A stretch of DNA of 64,000 nucleotides from Patescibacteria group bacterium (lineage in GTDB: Bacteria; Patescibacteriota; Patescibacteriia; Patescibacteriales; UBA12465). Made by a program: the position numbers and the translations under genes. Positions 46,551 through 56,400 of this stretch are shown piece by piece (positions within the stretch are counted from its first letter, which is position 1; each line of letters starts with the position of its first letter). Under the pieces are notes generated by a model that worked only from the letters and a program-made list of their open reading frames with translations, had not been told where the DNA came from and did no database searches. The stretch is taken from positions 2,523 through 66,522 of the forward strand of contig JALNZW010000006.1 in NCBI GenBank assembly GCA_023229115.1. The letters run 5' to 3'.

Positions 46551-47939
46551 ATGGCTGAAAACAAACAAAGTTCATCCTTAGAGAAAGTCCCACCACAAAA
46601 TATTGAAGCCGAACAATCTCTTTTGGGGTGTCTACTTTTAGACAAAGAAGCAATTTTTAAGACTGTCGACATTCTTCATGCCGATGATTTTTATTACAAC
46701 AACCATAAACATATTTTTGAAGCAATGGTTGAACTTTTTAATAATCAAGAGCCAATTGATATTATAACCCTTTCTAATAAACTGGAGGAAAGAAAATTGA
46801 TTAGCGAAATTGGTGGAAGAACTTATTTAGCTCAACTATCTAATACGGTAGCAACTGCTGCCAACGTTTCTTATTACGCCAACTTAATCCAAAAAAAGGC
46901 AACCTTAAGAAGACTACAAATTTCGGCTAGCGAAATAATGGATTTAAGCTTTGAAGAAGAAAGAGATATTGATGAAGTTTTAGATCAAGCTGAAAAAAAA
47001 ATATTTGGCGTATCCAGGAAATTTCTTAAAAATTCTTTTTTGGGCATTGATAGTTTATTAACTGAAGCTTTTGAAAGAATAGACGAGCTTCACAAAAGAA
47101 GTGGAAATTTAAGAGGGCTATCAACTGGTTTCTACGATTTAGATAATTTATTGGCCGGACTACAAAAATCTGATTTAATCATATTAGCTGCCAGGCCTAG
47201 TGTCGGTAAAACATCTTTTGCCTTAGACATTGCTAGACAAGCAGCAATTAAAAATAAAGTTGGAGTGGGTGTTTTTTCTCTGGAAATGAGCAAAGAACAA
47301 TTAGTAGATAGGATGCTTTGCGCTCAAGCCAACGTAAACCTTTGGAAAATGAGAACTGGTAATCTTTCTGATCGTGAAGAAGATAATGATTTTCAAAAAA
47401 TTGGAGAAGCCATGGGATCTTTGTCAGAGGCTCCTATTTACATTGATGACTCCCCTAATTGCTCTGTTATGGAAATCAGAGCTAAAAGTCGACGCCTACA
47501 ATCAGAAAGAGGTCTAGGCTTGATAGTTATTGATTACTTACAATTAATGGAAGGACGTGGGAAATATGGAGACAATAGAGTTCAAGAAATATCAGAAATT
47601 AGTAGAGGTTTAAAAGGTATTGCTAGAGAATTAAATGTTCCCGTTTTAGCTCTAGCCCAACTTTCTCGTGCTGCCGAACAACAAAGCGGAGCTTCAATTC
47701 CAAGATTATCTCACTTAAGAGACTCTGGCTCAATTGAACAAGACGCTGATGTTGTTATGTTTATTTATAGAAAAGCAGCTGACAGAGCCTTTAATATTCA
47801 GGAGTTGTCCATGGAAGAAAGATATAAAGCGGAAATACACATCGCCAAGCACAGAAATGGACCAACTGGAAAGGTTGATTTATTTTTCTCAGAGGAAACT
47901 GCCAGCTTTAGAAATTTAAGTAAAAAAGAAGGAGAATAA
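46551..47939 (+). CDS. dnaB: Replicative DNA helicase DnaB
   Basis: PPQNIEAEQSLLGCLL, Walker A ARPSVGKTSFAL, IVIDYLQLM and LSRAAEQ. Confidence 0.95.
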   Translation: MAENKQSSSLEKVPPQNIEAEQSLLGCLLLDKEAIFKTVDILHADDFYYNNHKHIFEAMVELFNNQEPIDIITLSNKLEERKLISEIGGRTYLAQLSNTVATAANVSYYANLIQKKATLRRLQISASEIMDLSFEEERDIDEVLDQAEKKIFGVSRKFLKNSFLGIDSLLTEAFERIDELHKRSGNLRGLSTGFYDLDNLLAGLQKSDLIILAARPSVGKTSFALDIARQAAIKNKVGVGVFSLEMSKEQLVDRMLCAQANVNLWKMRTGNLSDREEDNDFQKIGEAMGSLSEAPIYIDDSPNCSVMEIRAKSRRLQSERGLGLIVIDYLQLMEGRGKYGDNRVQEISEISRGLKGIARELNVPVLALAQLSRAAEQQSGASIPRLSHLRDSGSIEQDADVVMFIYRKAADRAFNIQELSMEERYKAEIHIAKHRNGPTGKVDLFFSEETASFRNLSKKEGE

Positions 47940-47991
47940 TAACTTAAAAAATAATATTAAATAAAATAATAATTTAAAAAATAATATTAAA
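47935..47991. repeat. Tandem duplication: a 27-nt unit repeated with 30-nt periodicity and 1 mismatch
   Basis: aataataaCttaaaaaataatattaaa (47935-47961) and aataataaTttaaaaaataatattaaa (47965-47991). Copy 1 includes the dnaB stop codon. Copy 2 ends 3 nt before the ybaB ATG. Confidence 0.7.
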
Positions 47992-47994
47992 ATT

Positions 47995-48270
47995 ATGTTT
48001 AACAAACTAAAACAATTAAAAGATTTAAGAAGCCAAGCTAAAACAATGCAGAGTGCTTTAGCCGATGAAAAAGTTGAAGTTGAAAAAAATGGTATTAAAT
48101 TAAGTATGAATGGAAATATGGAAATTACTGATTTTAAAATAAACAACGACTTGTCAAAAGAAGAAATTGCTAAAACTAGTAAAGATCTATTCAATGATGC
48201 TATCAAGAAAACTCAAAGAATTATGGCCAAAAAAATGCAAGAAATGGGTGGATTTCCCGGTTTAAGTTAA
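47995..48270 (+). CDS. ybaB: YbaB/EbfC family nucleoid-associated protein
   Basis: MFNKLKQLKDLRSQAKTMQSALADEKVEVEKNGIKLSMNGNMEITDFKIN...AIKKTQRIMAKKMQEM matches the family layout. Confidence 0.8.
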   Translation: MFNKLKQLKDLRSQAKTMQSALADEKVEVEKNGIKLSMNGNMEITDFKINNDLSKEEIAKTSKDLFNDAIKKTQRIMAKKMQEMGGFPGLS

Positions 48271-48296
48271 AAAAAAACGCTCCCCAAGGAGAGCGC
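48270..48296 (-). terminator. Rho-independent terminator (T-run on the minus strand), between ybaB and the 119-aa ORF
   Basis: GC-rich stem cgctcc..ggagagcg. On the minus strand it is followed by T8. Confidence 0.65.
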
Positions 48297-48328
48297 AAAA
48301 TAAAATAAAAATCAAAAAAATAAAATTG

Positions 48329-48688
48329 CTAATTAAGAGAAAAAACTGTTTCTCTCTCTTCTTTTTCTAATTTTTCCAAATCACTGTTATACAAAATCTT
48401 TTTTACCCGATAAACCTCTCCCTCTCTTAGCTTCAAAGCCCTTTCATAATAATGTTTATTTGCAGCTCTGGTTTGAGCCGTTTGTTGATTGCCCACAAAA
48501 ACAACAGAACGAAGTTCATTGTTTTTTTTAAACATCAAATTCTGAAAAAATGTCTTGGGTTTTGGTTTTACCAGTTGATAACCAATCTGTACTGGCTCAT
48601 TTTTGCTGTTAATCACAACAACTGAATTAATACTTTTCACCTCTACCTTTTGGGAGGATTTAGTTCTTGTAAAAAAAGATGCTATCAT
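48329..48688 (-). CDS. Hypothetical protein (119 aa, soluble, basic)
   Basis: Clean ORF with its own terminator and no recognisable motif. It is inserted on the opposite strand between ybaB and recR. Confidence 0.4.
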   Translation of the reverse strand: MIASFFTRTKSSQKVEVKSINSVVVINSKNEPVQIGYQLVKPKPKTFFQNLMFKKNNELRSVVFVGNQQTAQTRAANKHYYERALKLREGEVYRVKKILYNSDLEKLEKEERETVFSLN

Positions 48689-48745
48689 ATAAAAAAATTA
48701 AATTGTTAAAAAACTACTAAAGAAATATATACTATTTAATAAAAA

Positions 48746-49363
48746 ATGTCAATATACTATCCTAAAATAATAGAAAATCTAGTACAACAATTATCAAAAC
48801 TACCAGGTGTTGGACGTAAAACAGCTGAAAGATATGTTTTTCATTTAATAAAACAAACACCAGCACAAAATAAATTATTAGCTAAAGACTTACACAGCCT
48901 AGCTAATAGTTTAAAGTTTTGTAAAAAATGTTTAGCTTTTTCCGAAAAAGATATTTGTCAAATTTGTGCTGACGATAAAAGATCAGATAACGCCCTATGT
49001 GTAGTTGCCAGCTTTCAAGACATGATTAATATTGAAAACACTAAAAGTTATAATGGAAAATATTTTATTTTAAACGGTCTTATAAACACCATTGAAAATA
49101 TCGGTCCAGAAAAAATAAATATAAAAAAACTAGTAAGCTTAACTAATGAATTAATTAAAAAAAACAAAAAAATAGAAATAATCTTAGCTTTGAGTCCAAC
49201 CATGGAAGGTGAAACAACGGTTCTTTATTTAAAAAGATTATTAAATAGCCCCAAAATTAAAATCAGTAAATTAGCCCAAGGATTATCAACTGGTGTTAAT
49301 TTGGAGTATGTTGATGAAATAACCCTATCCAACGCCTTAAAGTATCGTAATGAAATAAACTAA
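48746..49363 (+). CDS. recR: Recombination protein RecR
   Basis: LSKLPGVGRKTAERYVFHL (HhH), Cys4 finger CKKC...CQIC and a Toprim region. Confidence 0.92.
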   Translation: MSIYYPKIIENLVQQLSKLPGVGRKTAERYVFHLIKQTPAQNKLLAKDLHSLANSLKFCKKCLAFSEKDICQICADDKRSDNALCVVASFQDMINIENTKSYNGKYFILNGLINTIENIGPEKINIKKLVSLTNELIKKNKKIEIILALSPTMEGETTVLYLKRLLNSPKIKISKLAQGLSTGVNLEYVDEITLSNALKYRNEIN

Positions 49364-49376
49364 ACATATTTTATGC

Positions 49377-49409
49377 AAAAAAACACCTCCTTATTTGGAG
49401 GTGTTTTTT
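49377..49409. terminator. Bidirectional rho-independent terminator between recR (+) and rplU (-)
   Basis: Stem acacctcc (49383-49390) pairs with ggaggtgt (49397-49404). It is flanked by A6 and T5. Confidence 0.75.
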
Positions 49410-49420
49410 ATATATCGAGC

Positions 49421-49735
49421 TTAAGCAATTTTTTCAATTTTAACCTGAGTAAATTCCTGTCTATGACCAATAGTTCTTTTGTATCTAGTTTTGCTTTTAT
49501 ATTTTACAACTGTAACTTTTTTTCCTTTTCCGCTAGACACAACCTCTCCTTCAACTTTTTCACCCAAAGAAGGGCTTCCTAAGTCCAAGGAAGATCCATC
49601 AGTACTAGCAATCATTAAAGTTTCAAACTTAACTCTTGTTTTATCTTCAACTGGTAATTTTTCAATTTTAATTACATCACCCTCTTTAACTTTATATTGT
49701 TTTCCTCCAGTCTTAATAACAGCTAATTTAGACAT
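49421..49735 (-). CDS. rplU: 50S ribosomal protein L21
   Basis: MSKLAVIKTGGKQYKVKEGDVIKIEKL...KVTVVKYKSKTRYKRTIGHRQEFTQVKI. Confidence 0.92.
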   Translation of the reverse strand: MSKLAVIKTGGKQYKVKEGDVIKIEKLPVEDKTRVKFETLMIASTDGSSLDLGSPSLGEKVEGEVVSSGKGKKVTVVKYKSKTRYKRTIGHRQEFTQVKIEKIA

Positions 49736-49841
49736 ATTTTTCTTATTTTTATAAATTAAATCTCATAAACCAAAAAGCAGGGAAACTCTAGCTCCTTTGG
49801 TTTATATATATTAACAAATTTAATTAAATTGTCAAATCAGA

Positions 49842-51101
49842 CTAATCAATTCTCACAATATCAGCTCCTAACTTTCGCAAACGTTCATCAATTTTTTCAT
49901 AACCTCTGTCAATTTGATAAATGTTATCGATTTCAGTTGTACCCTTGGCCATTAAAGCTGCGATCACCAAACCAATGCCAGCTCTAATATCAGGACTAAT
50001 TAATTTCTTAGCATATAGTTTAGTTGGACCAATAACAACCACTCGATGAGGATCACACATAGTAACATTAGCTCCCATTTGAGATAACATGTCAGTCCAA
50101 ATTAAACGACGATCATAAATAGTTTCATGAATCAAAGAAACGCCCTTAGCTTGAGTCATTAAAACGGTATAAGGAGATTGCAAATCAGTTGGGAAACCAG
50201 GGTATTCATGAGTTTGAATATTATAAGCTGAGATTCCATTAGATTTTTTAATTTTAATCCAGTCTTTGCCAATTTCAAATTTAACTCCTATTCTTTCAAA
50301 AATAGCCAAAAGAGCAGAAACATGCTCCGGATTACAATTTTTAATAAGTATTTCTGAATTAGTAGCAGCAGCCATAATAGCAAAAGAGCCAGTTTCAATT
50401 CTATCTGGCATAATTTTTATTTTACCAGCTCCTATCTTTTTAACCCCATCAATTGTAATAGTTGAGGTCCCAGCCCCACTGATTTTTGCTCCATTATCAT
50501 TTAAATAATCAGCCAAATATTTTATTTCTGGCTCCATAGCACAATTTCTAAGGATTGTTCTGCCCTCAGCTAAGCAAGCAGTCATCATCAAGCTTTCAGT
50601 GCCAGTAACCGATACTTTAGGAAAAAAGAAATCAGTCCCCTTCAATTTTGGAGCTTCTATCCAATAATATTTACCAGACGCTTTTATTTTAGCACCCATA
50701 GAAGTAAAGCCATCCAAAAATAAATCTATCGGACGACCGCCAGCACCGATAACACAGCCACCGGGATGAGGAAACTTTACTTTTTTAAATCTAGCAAGAA
50801 GTGGTCCAACAAACATGATAGATGTTCTAAATTTGTCAGCCAATTTATCTGGAAGCTCTATGGTTTTAACATGTTTTGTTTCAATAGTTACTGTTGAATT
50901 TTTAAAAACCACCTTAAAACCAATCTCTTCAATTAATTGTAAAGATTTATCAATATCTTCTATTTGAGGTAAATTGCTAATAATCATCGGCTCATCTGAT
51001 AAAATAGAAGCTGGAATAACTTTTAAAGCTAGATTTTTAGCTCCTTTAACTTCAATTCCACCTGCCAAGGGTTTTTGACCATTAATAATAAATTTAGGCA
51101 T
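49842..51101 (-). CDS. murA: UDP-N-acetylglucosamine 1-carboxyvinyltransferase
   Basis: GAKNLALKVIPASIL, active-site loop PHPGGCVIGAGGRPID and the C-terminal YEKIDERLRKLGADI. Confidence 0.93.
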   Translation of the reverse strand: MPKFIINGQKPLAGGIEVKGAKNLALKVIPASILSDEPMIISNLPQIEDIDKSLQLIEEIGFKVVFKNSTVTIETKHVKTIELPDKLADKFRTSIMFVGPLLARFKKVKFPHPGGCVIGAGGRPIDLFLDGFTSMGAKIKASGKYYWIEAPKLKGTDFFFPKVSVTGTESLMMTACLAEGRTILRNCAMEPEIKYLADYLNDNGAKISGAGTSTITIDGVKKIGAGKIKIMPDRIETGSFAIMAAATNSEILIKNCNPEHVSALLAIFERIGVKFEIGKDWIKIKKSNGISAYNIQTHEYPGFPTDLQSPYTVLMTQAKGVSLIHETIYDRRLIWTDMLSQMGANVTMCDPHRVVVIGPTKLYAKKLISPDIRAGIGLVIAALMAKGTTEIDNIYQIDRGYEKIDERLRKLGADIVRID

Positions 51102-51141
51102 AAAAATTTTCTAATTATAATAATAAAATTATAGCACTACA

Positions 51142-52476
51142 CTATTGAATAAACAACTTATACAAACCTTCTCGATTTCCAATTTTCCCTGTAAAAAAAA
51201 GACTGCCACCGTTTTTATCCAATTTTAATCCAGAAACTGTATCAAAAGTAAATAAATTTGTAATATATTTATCATATTTAAAATCAATAGCCTTTATGTT
51301 TTTACCATCGGAAAAAATAACATAACCCCGAGGATGCCACAACAAACTTTTAATTTCTTTTTCAAAACGAGAGACTAAAGAACTTTGCATTAAAGATAAA
51401 TTAAAAATTCTAATTTCAAAATTAGAAAAATAAAGAAAACTATTATTGTCTACAAAATTAATATCTTTAATATTTCTCAAAACATCTCTAATAGGATTTA
51501 ATTGGGAGAAAGGGTCAATTAAATATAAAGAAGAATAAAGTTGGTCATAAACAAAAATAAGATTATTTTCCGAAGGTATAAATCTATAATCACCATTTAA
51601 AGGCAAATCAATAAATCTTATTATTTTTTTATCCTTATTTGAATAAATTTTAAATTGTTCAAAATTATCATGCTGAGAAATTAAAAAAATATAATCACCT
51701 GAAAAATAATAATCAACAAGACCAGTGTCGTTTAAGATTAAATTATTCTCTTGAAAAATAAAATTATAGGAAAATAAAGAATCCGAATCTAAATAATATA
51801 AATTATTTTTATCATCTTTAATATTGCGAATATTAGATTTATCTTCAACTTTAAAATCTAGATATTTTTTTTCTTTATAATTAAACACCTCTTTATCGTT
51901 TATAAGAAGAAAATTATCACTTAAAAAATCCAAACTATCAACATTTTTTTCTAAACCAACTTCCACCTCATTATTAATATCAAAAAATTTATTATCATCT
52001 ATAAAAATAAGATGAGAAGAAAAATTATTTATTTTTACCTCCTGAACAGGAGAAGAAAAAAGCATGACTGGCAATGTTTTTTTTAACAAAACAACATCCT
52101 CCAGATAAGTTGTTTGTCCGGGATCAATATAAACCGTTTTTTCGAAAGGCCAATAACCATCAAGCTCAATCTTTAAACTATATTCTCCTGGAATCAAGTT
52201 TTTAATTTTATAAGGAGTTTTTATTTTTTTATCTTTTAATATATCTTTAGGGGCAAAAAGACTTTTAAAATTTCTATCCAACTCAATTTTAGCTCCATTA
52301 GGATTGGAGTTAAGAGCTAATATGCCTGTCTTTTGTAAAAAGCCTATCTTGCAAGGGTCTTTTAAAAATGTCCAATTTATAGAATACCCGCTAACCACCA
52401 AAGAAAAATAAAAAGTCAAAACAATAAACAATAAAAAAAATGACCAAAAAATTATTCTTCTAGTAAAATGACTCAT
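51142..52476 (-). CDS. Membrane-anchored PEGA-domain protein with a long beta-rich C-terminal region
   Basis: N-terminal TM. The PEGA-like segment is NSNPNGAKIELD...TPYKIKNLIPGEYSLKIELDGYWPFEKTVYIDPGQTTYL. Confidence 0.5.
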   Translation of the reverse strand: MSHFTRRIIFWSFFLLFIVLTFYFSLVVSGYSINWTFLKDPCKIGFLQKTGILALNSNPNGAKIELDRNFKSLFAPKDILKDKKIKTPYKIKNLIPGEYSLKIELDGYWPFEKTVYIDPGQTTYLEDVVLLKKTLPVMLFSSPVQEVKINNFSSHLIFIDDNKFFDINNEVEVGLEKNVDSLDFLSDNFLLINDKEVFNYKEKKYLDFKVEDKSNIRNIKDDKNNLYYLDSDSLFSYNFIFQENNLILNDTGLVDYYFSGDYIFLISQHDNFEQFKIYSNKDKKIIRFIDLPLNGDYRFIPSENNLIFVYDQLYSSLYLIDPFSQLNPIRDVLRNIKDINFVDNNSFLYFSNFEIRIFNLSLMQSSLVSRFEKEIKSLLWHPRGYVIFSDGKNIKAIDFKYDKYITNLFTFDTVSGLKLDKNGGSLFFTGKIGNREGLYKLFIQ

Positions 52477-52484
52477 AAAATCGG

Positions 52485-53360
52485 TTAAATATTTTTTGAA
52501 ATATCTTTAATAAAATTAGCCAAATCATCTTTAATTTCACCATCTTTTAAGCCAAGTTTAATAGTAGCTTTGATAAAATTAAACTTATTCCCAGTATCTA
52601 GCCACTCTCCTTCTATCTTCTTGCCATACAAAGGGCGATTTTTTTCAAGCATTATATCAAAAGCATCAGCTAACCTGATCTCCCCCGATTTACCACTTTT
52701 CATGTTTCCCAAAACTTTAAAAACCTCAGGAGTGATAACATACAAACCAACAGCGGCCAAATTAGAAGGAGCTTCTTCTATTTTTGGTTTTTCAACAAAT
52801 TTTTTTATTTCATAACTACCATTTCCCAAATCAAGACCATCAATGACGCCAAACTTATCTACTTTATTTCTAGCAACCTCAGACAAGCCAATTATTGGAT
52901 CTTGGTAGTAATTATACAAATCAATAATCTGTTTAACTGGAGAAACGGGAGCGTCATACAAAGTATCCCCAAACATTATTAAAACTGGTTCATCAAAAAT
53001 TAAATGAGAAGCACAATTTATAGCATGACCATCTCCTTTTGGAATAGATTGTCTAACGTAAGAAAATTTAGCCAAAGAATCTATTTGTTTAATTTTAGCA
53101 ACTAAATCTAATTTATTTTTTTCAACTAAAGTATGTTCCAATTCAAAAGAATAATCAAAATGATCTTCAATAGCTCTTTTGCCTCGACCGGTTACAAAAA
53201 TTATTTCTTCAATTCCGGCAGCAACCGCATCCTCAACCATATATTGAATAACTGGTTTATCTACTACTGGCAACATTTCTTTAGGTTGAGCCTTGGTAGC
53301 TGGTAAAAATCTGGTTCCAAAACCAGCAACTGGCATAATCGCCTTTCTTACTTTTTTCAT
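52485..53360 (-). CDS. galU: UTP--glucose-1-phosphate uridylyltransferase
   Basis: KAIMPVAGFGTRFLPATKAQPKEMLPVVDKPVIQY. Confidence 0.92.
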   Translation of the reverse strand: MKKVRKAIMPVAGFGTRFLPATKAQPKEMLPVVDKPVIQYMVEDAVAAGIEEIIFVTGRGKRAIEDHFDYSFELEHTLVEKNKLDLVAKIKQIDSLAKFSYVRQSIPKGDGHAINCASHLIFDEPVLIMFGDTLYDAPVSPVKQIIDLYNYYQDPIIGLSEVARNKVDKFGVIDGLDLGNGSYEIKKFVEKPKIEEAPSNLAAVGLYVITPEVFKVLGNMKSGKSGEIRLADAFDIMLEKNRPLYGKKIEGEWLDTGNKFNFIKATIKLGLKDGEIKDDLANFIKDISKNI

Positions 53361-53429
53361 AATTCAAAACTTACTTATAAAAATTTATTATAAACTAAAT
53401 AAATCTATTTAGACAATAACAAAATTAAA

Positions 53430-54209
53430 CTATTTTTTAAAACCCCACTTAATAAAATATTTAAACCAAGATTTAATATGCTCTCTGGTTAATTTGCTCC
53501 TTATAATTCCTAAATACCATGGTTTTTTAGCACTTTCTCGGGCATGGTGATGAATCACTTCGGCCTCGGGATGATAAACAACTTTTTTGCCATAATGCCA
53601 GGCACGACGACAAACATCAATATCTTCAAAATACATAAAAAATCTTTCATCAAAACCATCAAAACCATCACCTCTTATCAATAAACAAGAACCCATCAAC
53701 CAATCAACTTCTCGAATACTTTTATGATCAAAATCCTTCATTAAAAACCAATCCAAGTGCCTTTGAAAAAATTTACCAATAAAAGTTCTTCGAAAAATTG
53801 GAGTCCAAGGACGAGGAAAATAAGAGCAAGAATGTTGCAAGCTTAAATCAGGATTTAAAAGTTTAGGACCGACAATATAAACATCTTTATTTTCTTTAAT
53901 ATAATTAAATAAAGTTTTGATGGCGGTGGGTTTAATTTCTGTATCAGGATTTAATATTAAAATAAATTCCCCTTGAGCAACTTTAATTCCTAGATTATTT
54001 CCACCACCCATTCCTAAATTTTTATCACTTTTAATTAACTTAGCGTTTTTAAAATCAAATATTAAATCACCCAAATCATCGCCAGAATCATTTTCAACTA
54101 CAATCAGCTCCCAACCTAAACCAGACAAATCAGCTAACAAAATAGACTCTAAGCATTTTTTGATTTTCTCTTTAGACTTATAATTAACAATAACTATCGA
54201 TAGATCCAT
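53430..54209 (-). CDS. Glycosyltransferase family 2
   Basis: LSIVIVNYKSKEKIKKCLESI, DxD-like ENDSGD, NLGMGGGNNLG and the ED motif FMYFEDIDVC. Confidence 0.8.
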   Translation of the reverse strand: MDLSIVIVNYKSKEKIKKCLESILLADLSGLGWELIVVENDSGDDLGDLIFDFKNAKLIKSDKNLGMGGGNNLGIKVAQGEFILILNPDTEIKPTAIKTLFNYIKENKDVYIVGPKLLNPDLSLQHSCSYFPRPWTPIFRRTFIGKFFQRHLDWFLMKDFDHKSIREVDWLMGSCLLIRGDGFDGFDERFFMYFEDIDVCRRAWHYGKKVVYHPEAEVIHHHARESAKKPWYLGIIRSKLTREHIKSWFKYFIKWGFKK

Positions 54210-54218
54210 AAAATTGTT

Positions 54219-55280
54219 TTAAATATTTAACAATCTTAACAAATTTTTAGCTAAAATAAAATAGATATTCAAAAAAATATTAGCCACCGACAATAACGGG
54301 CTAGAAATTTCTTGATACCATATCTTTCCAGAAATCATTGATAATATTTTATAATCTTTAACTTTTCGCAAAGCATTAACTTCTTTCCTTTTCTTTCCAA
54401 TATATCTCCAGAAAGAAAAACTAAAAAACATCATCCAAACACGTAACTTCTCTTTTAACCATTTATTTTTAATAGAAAAATAAAACAAACCGATTTCCAT
54501 AATCACAAAAGCTGGTAAAAAAATAAGTAGACTAGCTATTTTATAATTTTTTAAAGCAGTTATTATTCTATTTTTATCCATAAAATAATATTTGGAAATA
54601 GAGCGTCCAAATTCATATTTGTGATAAACTACTGAATTTTTAGCCAAAACACATTTATAGCCAGCAAGCCATGCCCGCCAACCAAGATCTTGATCTTCAT
54701 TATACATAAAATATTCTTCATCAAATAAAGAAATCTCTTCTAATACTTTATTTTTAAAAAGAACAGCTGCACCCGATGGATAAAAAATATTTGAACCATC
54801 AACAATTTCTTCTTCTTTATAAAAGTTATTATAACCACGACAAAAACCAAAGCCCAAAAAATGAGTATCATTGCCAACGCTATTTATTTTTTGTTTTTCT
54901 GGCCACAACATTAATCTTGATTGAACAACTCCAATTGATTCATCACTTTCGGCCATTTTAATCATTTCAGAAATGGCATTATTTTCTGAGATTGTATCCA
55001 TGTTTAAAAGAATGGAATAACTTAAGCCCTCTTCTATAGACAACTTAAGAGCATCATTATTCCCTTTAGCAAAACCATCATTATTTTTATTTCTAATAAT
55101 TTTGGCCTCAGGAGCTTTATCTTTTAAATAATTAAAAGACTCGTCTGACGTTTCGTTGTCGACTATATATAAACTAATTTCACCAGAAAAATCTTGTCTT
55201 CTGATACTTTCAAGACAATCATCTAAATATTTTTTGGCGTAATCTTTATAATTAATTAAAATTATAGCTATTTTATTCAT
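54219..55280 (-). CDS. Glycosyltransferase family 2 with C-terminal TM helices
   Basis: IAIILINYKDYAKKYLDDCLESIRRQ, VDNETSD, FAKGNN and YNEDQDLGWR. Hydrophobic C-terminal third. Confidence 0.8.
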   Translation of the reverse strand: MNKIAIILINYKDYAKKYLDDCLESIRRQDFSGEISLYIVDNETSDESFNYLKDKAPEAKIIRNKNNDGFAKGNNDALKLSIEEGLSYSILLNMDTISENNAISEMIKMAESDESIGVVQSRLMLWPEKQKINSVGNDTHFLGFGFCRGYNNFYKEEEIVDGSNIFYPSGAAVLFKNKVLEEISLFDEEYFMYNEDQDLGWRAWLAGYKCVLAKNSVVYHKYEFGRSISKYYFMDKNRIITALKNYKIASLLIFLPAFVIMEIGLFYFSIKNKWLKEKLRVWMMFFSFSFWRYIGKKRKEVNALRKVKDYKILSMISGKIWYQEISSPLLSVANIFLNIYFILAKNLLRLLNI

Positions 55281-55304
55281 AAGAGAATTATAGCATTTTT
55301 TTAG

Positions 55305-55340
55305 AAAAATAAAAAAAGCACCTAAGTATAATGGTGCTTT
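55305..55340 (-). terminator. Rho-independent terminator after the tandem pilin pair
   Basis: Stem aaagcacc (55315-55322) pairs with ggtgcttt (55333-55340). On the minus strand it is followed by a T-rich run. Confidence 0.65.
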
Positions 55341-55355
55341 TTTAAAATAATAAAA

Positions 55356-56375
55356 CTATTTTTCTTCTATTCCTCCAGATCCCTCAGGGATCTCAACATC
55401 AACATATCTTATGGCCCGAACTCTTTTAGTGCTAGTTTTATAATCAGTTGGAACAGCGGGAGCTGCTTTAGCCTCATTTATTAATTTAAAGTTTTTAGTA
55501 TAAGAAACCACCTCATAATAAATGGATTGTTGATCGCTAACTTCAGTGGATGACCAATATTCAATATTAAAAAGTCTTATATTTGATGCTAACAATCCTC
55601 GTAATTCAAAATAGGATGGTAAATACCAATCACTATAGCCACCACCTCTATAATCACTAGCAATCTTAGCGGCACTATTGCCACAAGCAGATAATATAGC
55701 CTGGGTATTAGATTTGCCATTATCTTGGCTCGTAGCTCCAGCAAAAATACTATCACAACCCCAGAAAGAAGCCAGGCTCTGATCGGTTTCAGCCATAACA
55801 AGAAGCCTAGCAGTAGTTTCATCTAAAGGATAGGCGTCATATAAAATTCCACCACCACAATATGCACCGTAATGACTATCCATAAAATCGTCAAAAGTAC
55901 ACTCTGGATCTAAAACAACATCAACCCCACCACCAGAACCACCGGCAACAATTCCTCCTGGTGTTAATTGTTTTTCTCCAGCTGGAATATCGGATATCTG
56001 TTTGCCGGTACAGAAGTCAATAGTATAAGTATCTCCATTTACGGAAGGAATATAAGAATAAGAATTGTCTTCATCCAAACAATCACCATCAGCAGGGGTG
56101 GGAGCTGAAGGAATAGAATACATAAACGGTTCTGTGGAAGAAGGAGAAGAAATTGAACCACTATTCCATTCTTCAGTAGTAGGATACCTACCATTTTCGT
56201 TAAAAAATAATTCTAAAGCAGTTTGAACTTGTTTCATATCAGCCATTCTTTTGGCATCTCTAGCATTTTGTCTGGCTTGTTGTAGAGCTACAACTGCTAG
56301 AGTTGCCAATACTCCAATGATGGCAATTACTACCAGGAGCTCAATTAGGGTGAAAGCTTTTTTTGTTGTTTTCAT
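55356..56375 (-). CDS. Type IV pilin-like core fused to a DUF1566/Lcl-C-terminal-like domain
   Basis: MKTTKKAF|[16 protein letters not shown], then the core, a GGSGGG linker, and YCGGGILY...WGC...DNGKSNTQAIL...YRGGGYSDWYLPSYFELRGL...YWSSTE. Confidence 0.8.
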   Translation of the reverse strand: MKTTKKAFTLIELLVVIAIIGVLATLAVVALQQARQNARDAKRMADMKQVQTALELFFNENGRYPTTEEWNSGSISSPSSTEPFMYSIPSAPTPADGDCLDEDNSYSYIPSVNGDTYTIDFCTGKQISDIPAGEKQLTPGGIVAGGSGGGVDVVLDPECTFDDFMDSHYGAYCGGGILYDAYPLDETTARLLVMAETDQSLASFWGCDSIFAGATSQDNGKSNTQAILSACGNSAAKIASDYRGGGYSDWYLPSYFELRGLLASNIRLFNIEYWSSTEVSDQQSIYYEVVSYTKNFKLINEAKAAPAVPTDYKTSTKRVRAIRYVDVEIPEGSGGIEEK

Positions 56376-56400
56376 ATTTTTTATTTAAAATTAACAAGAC

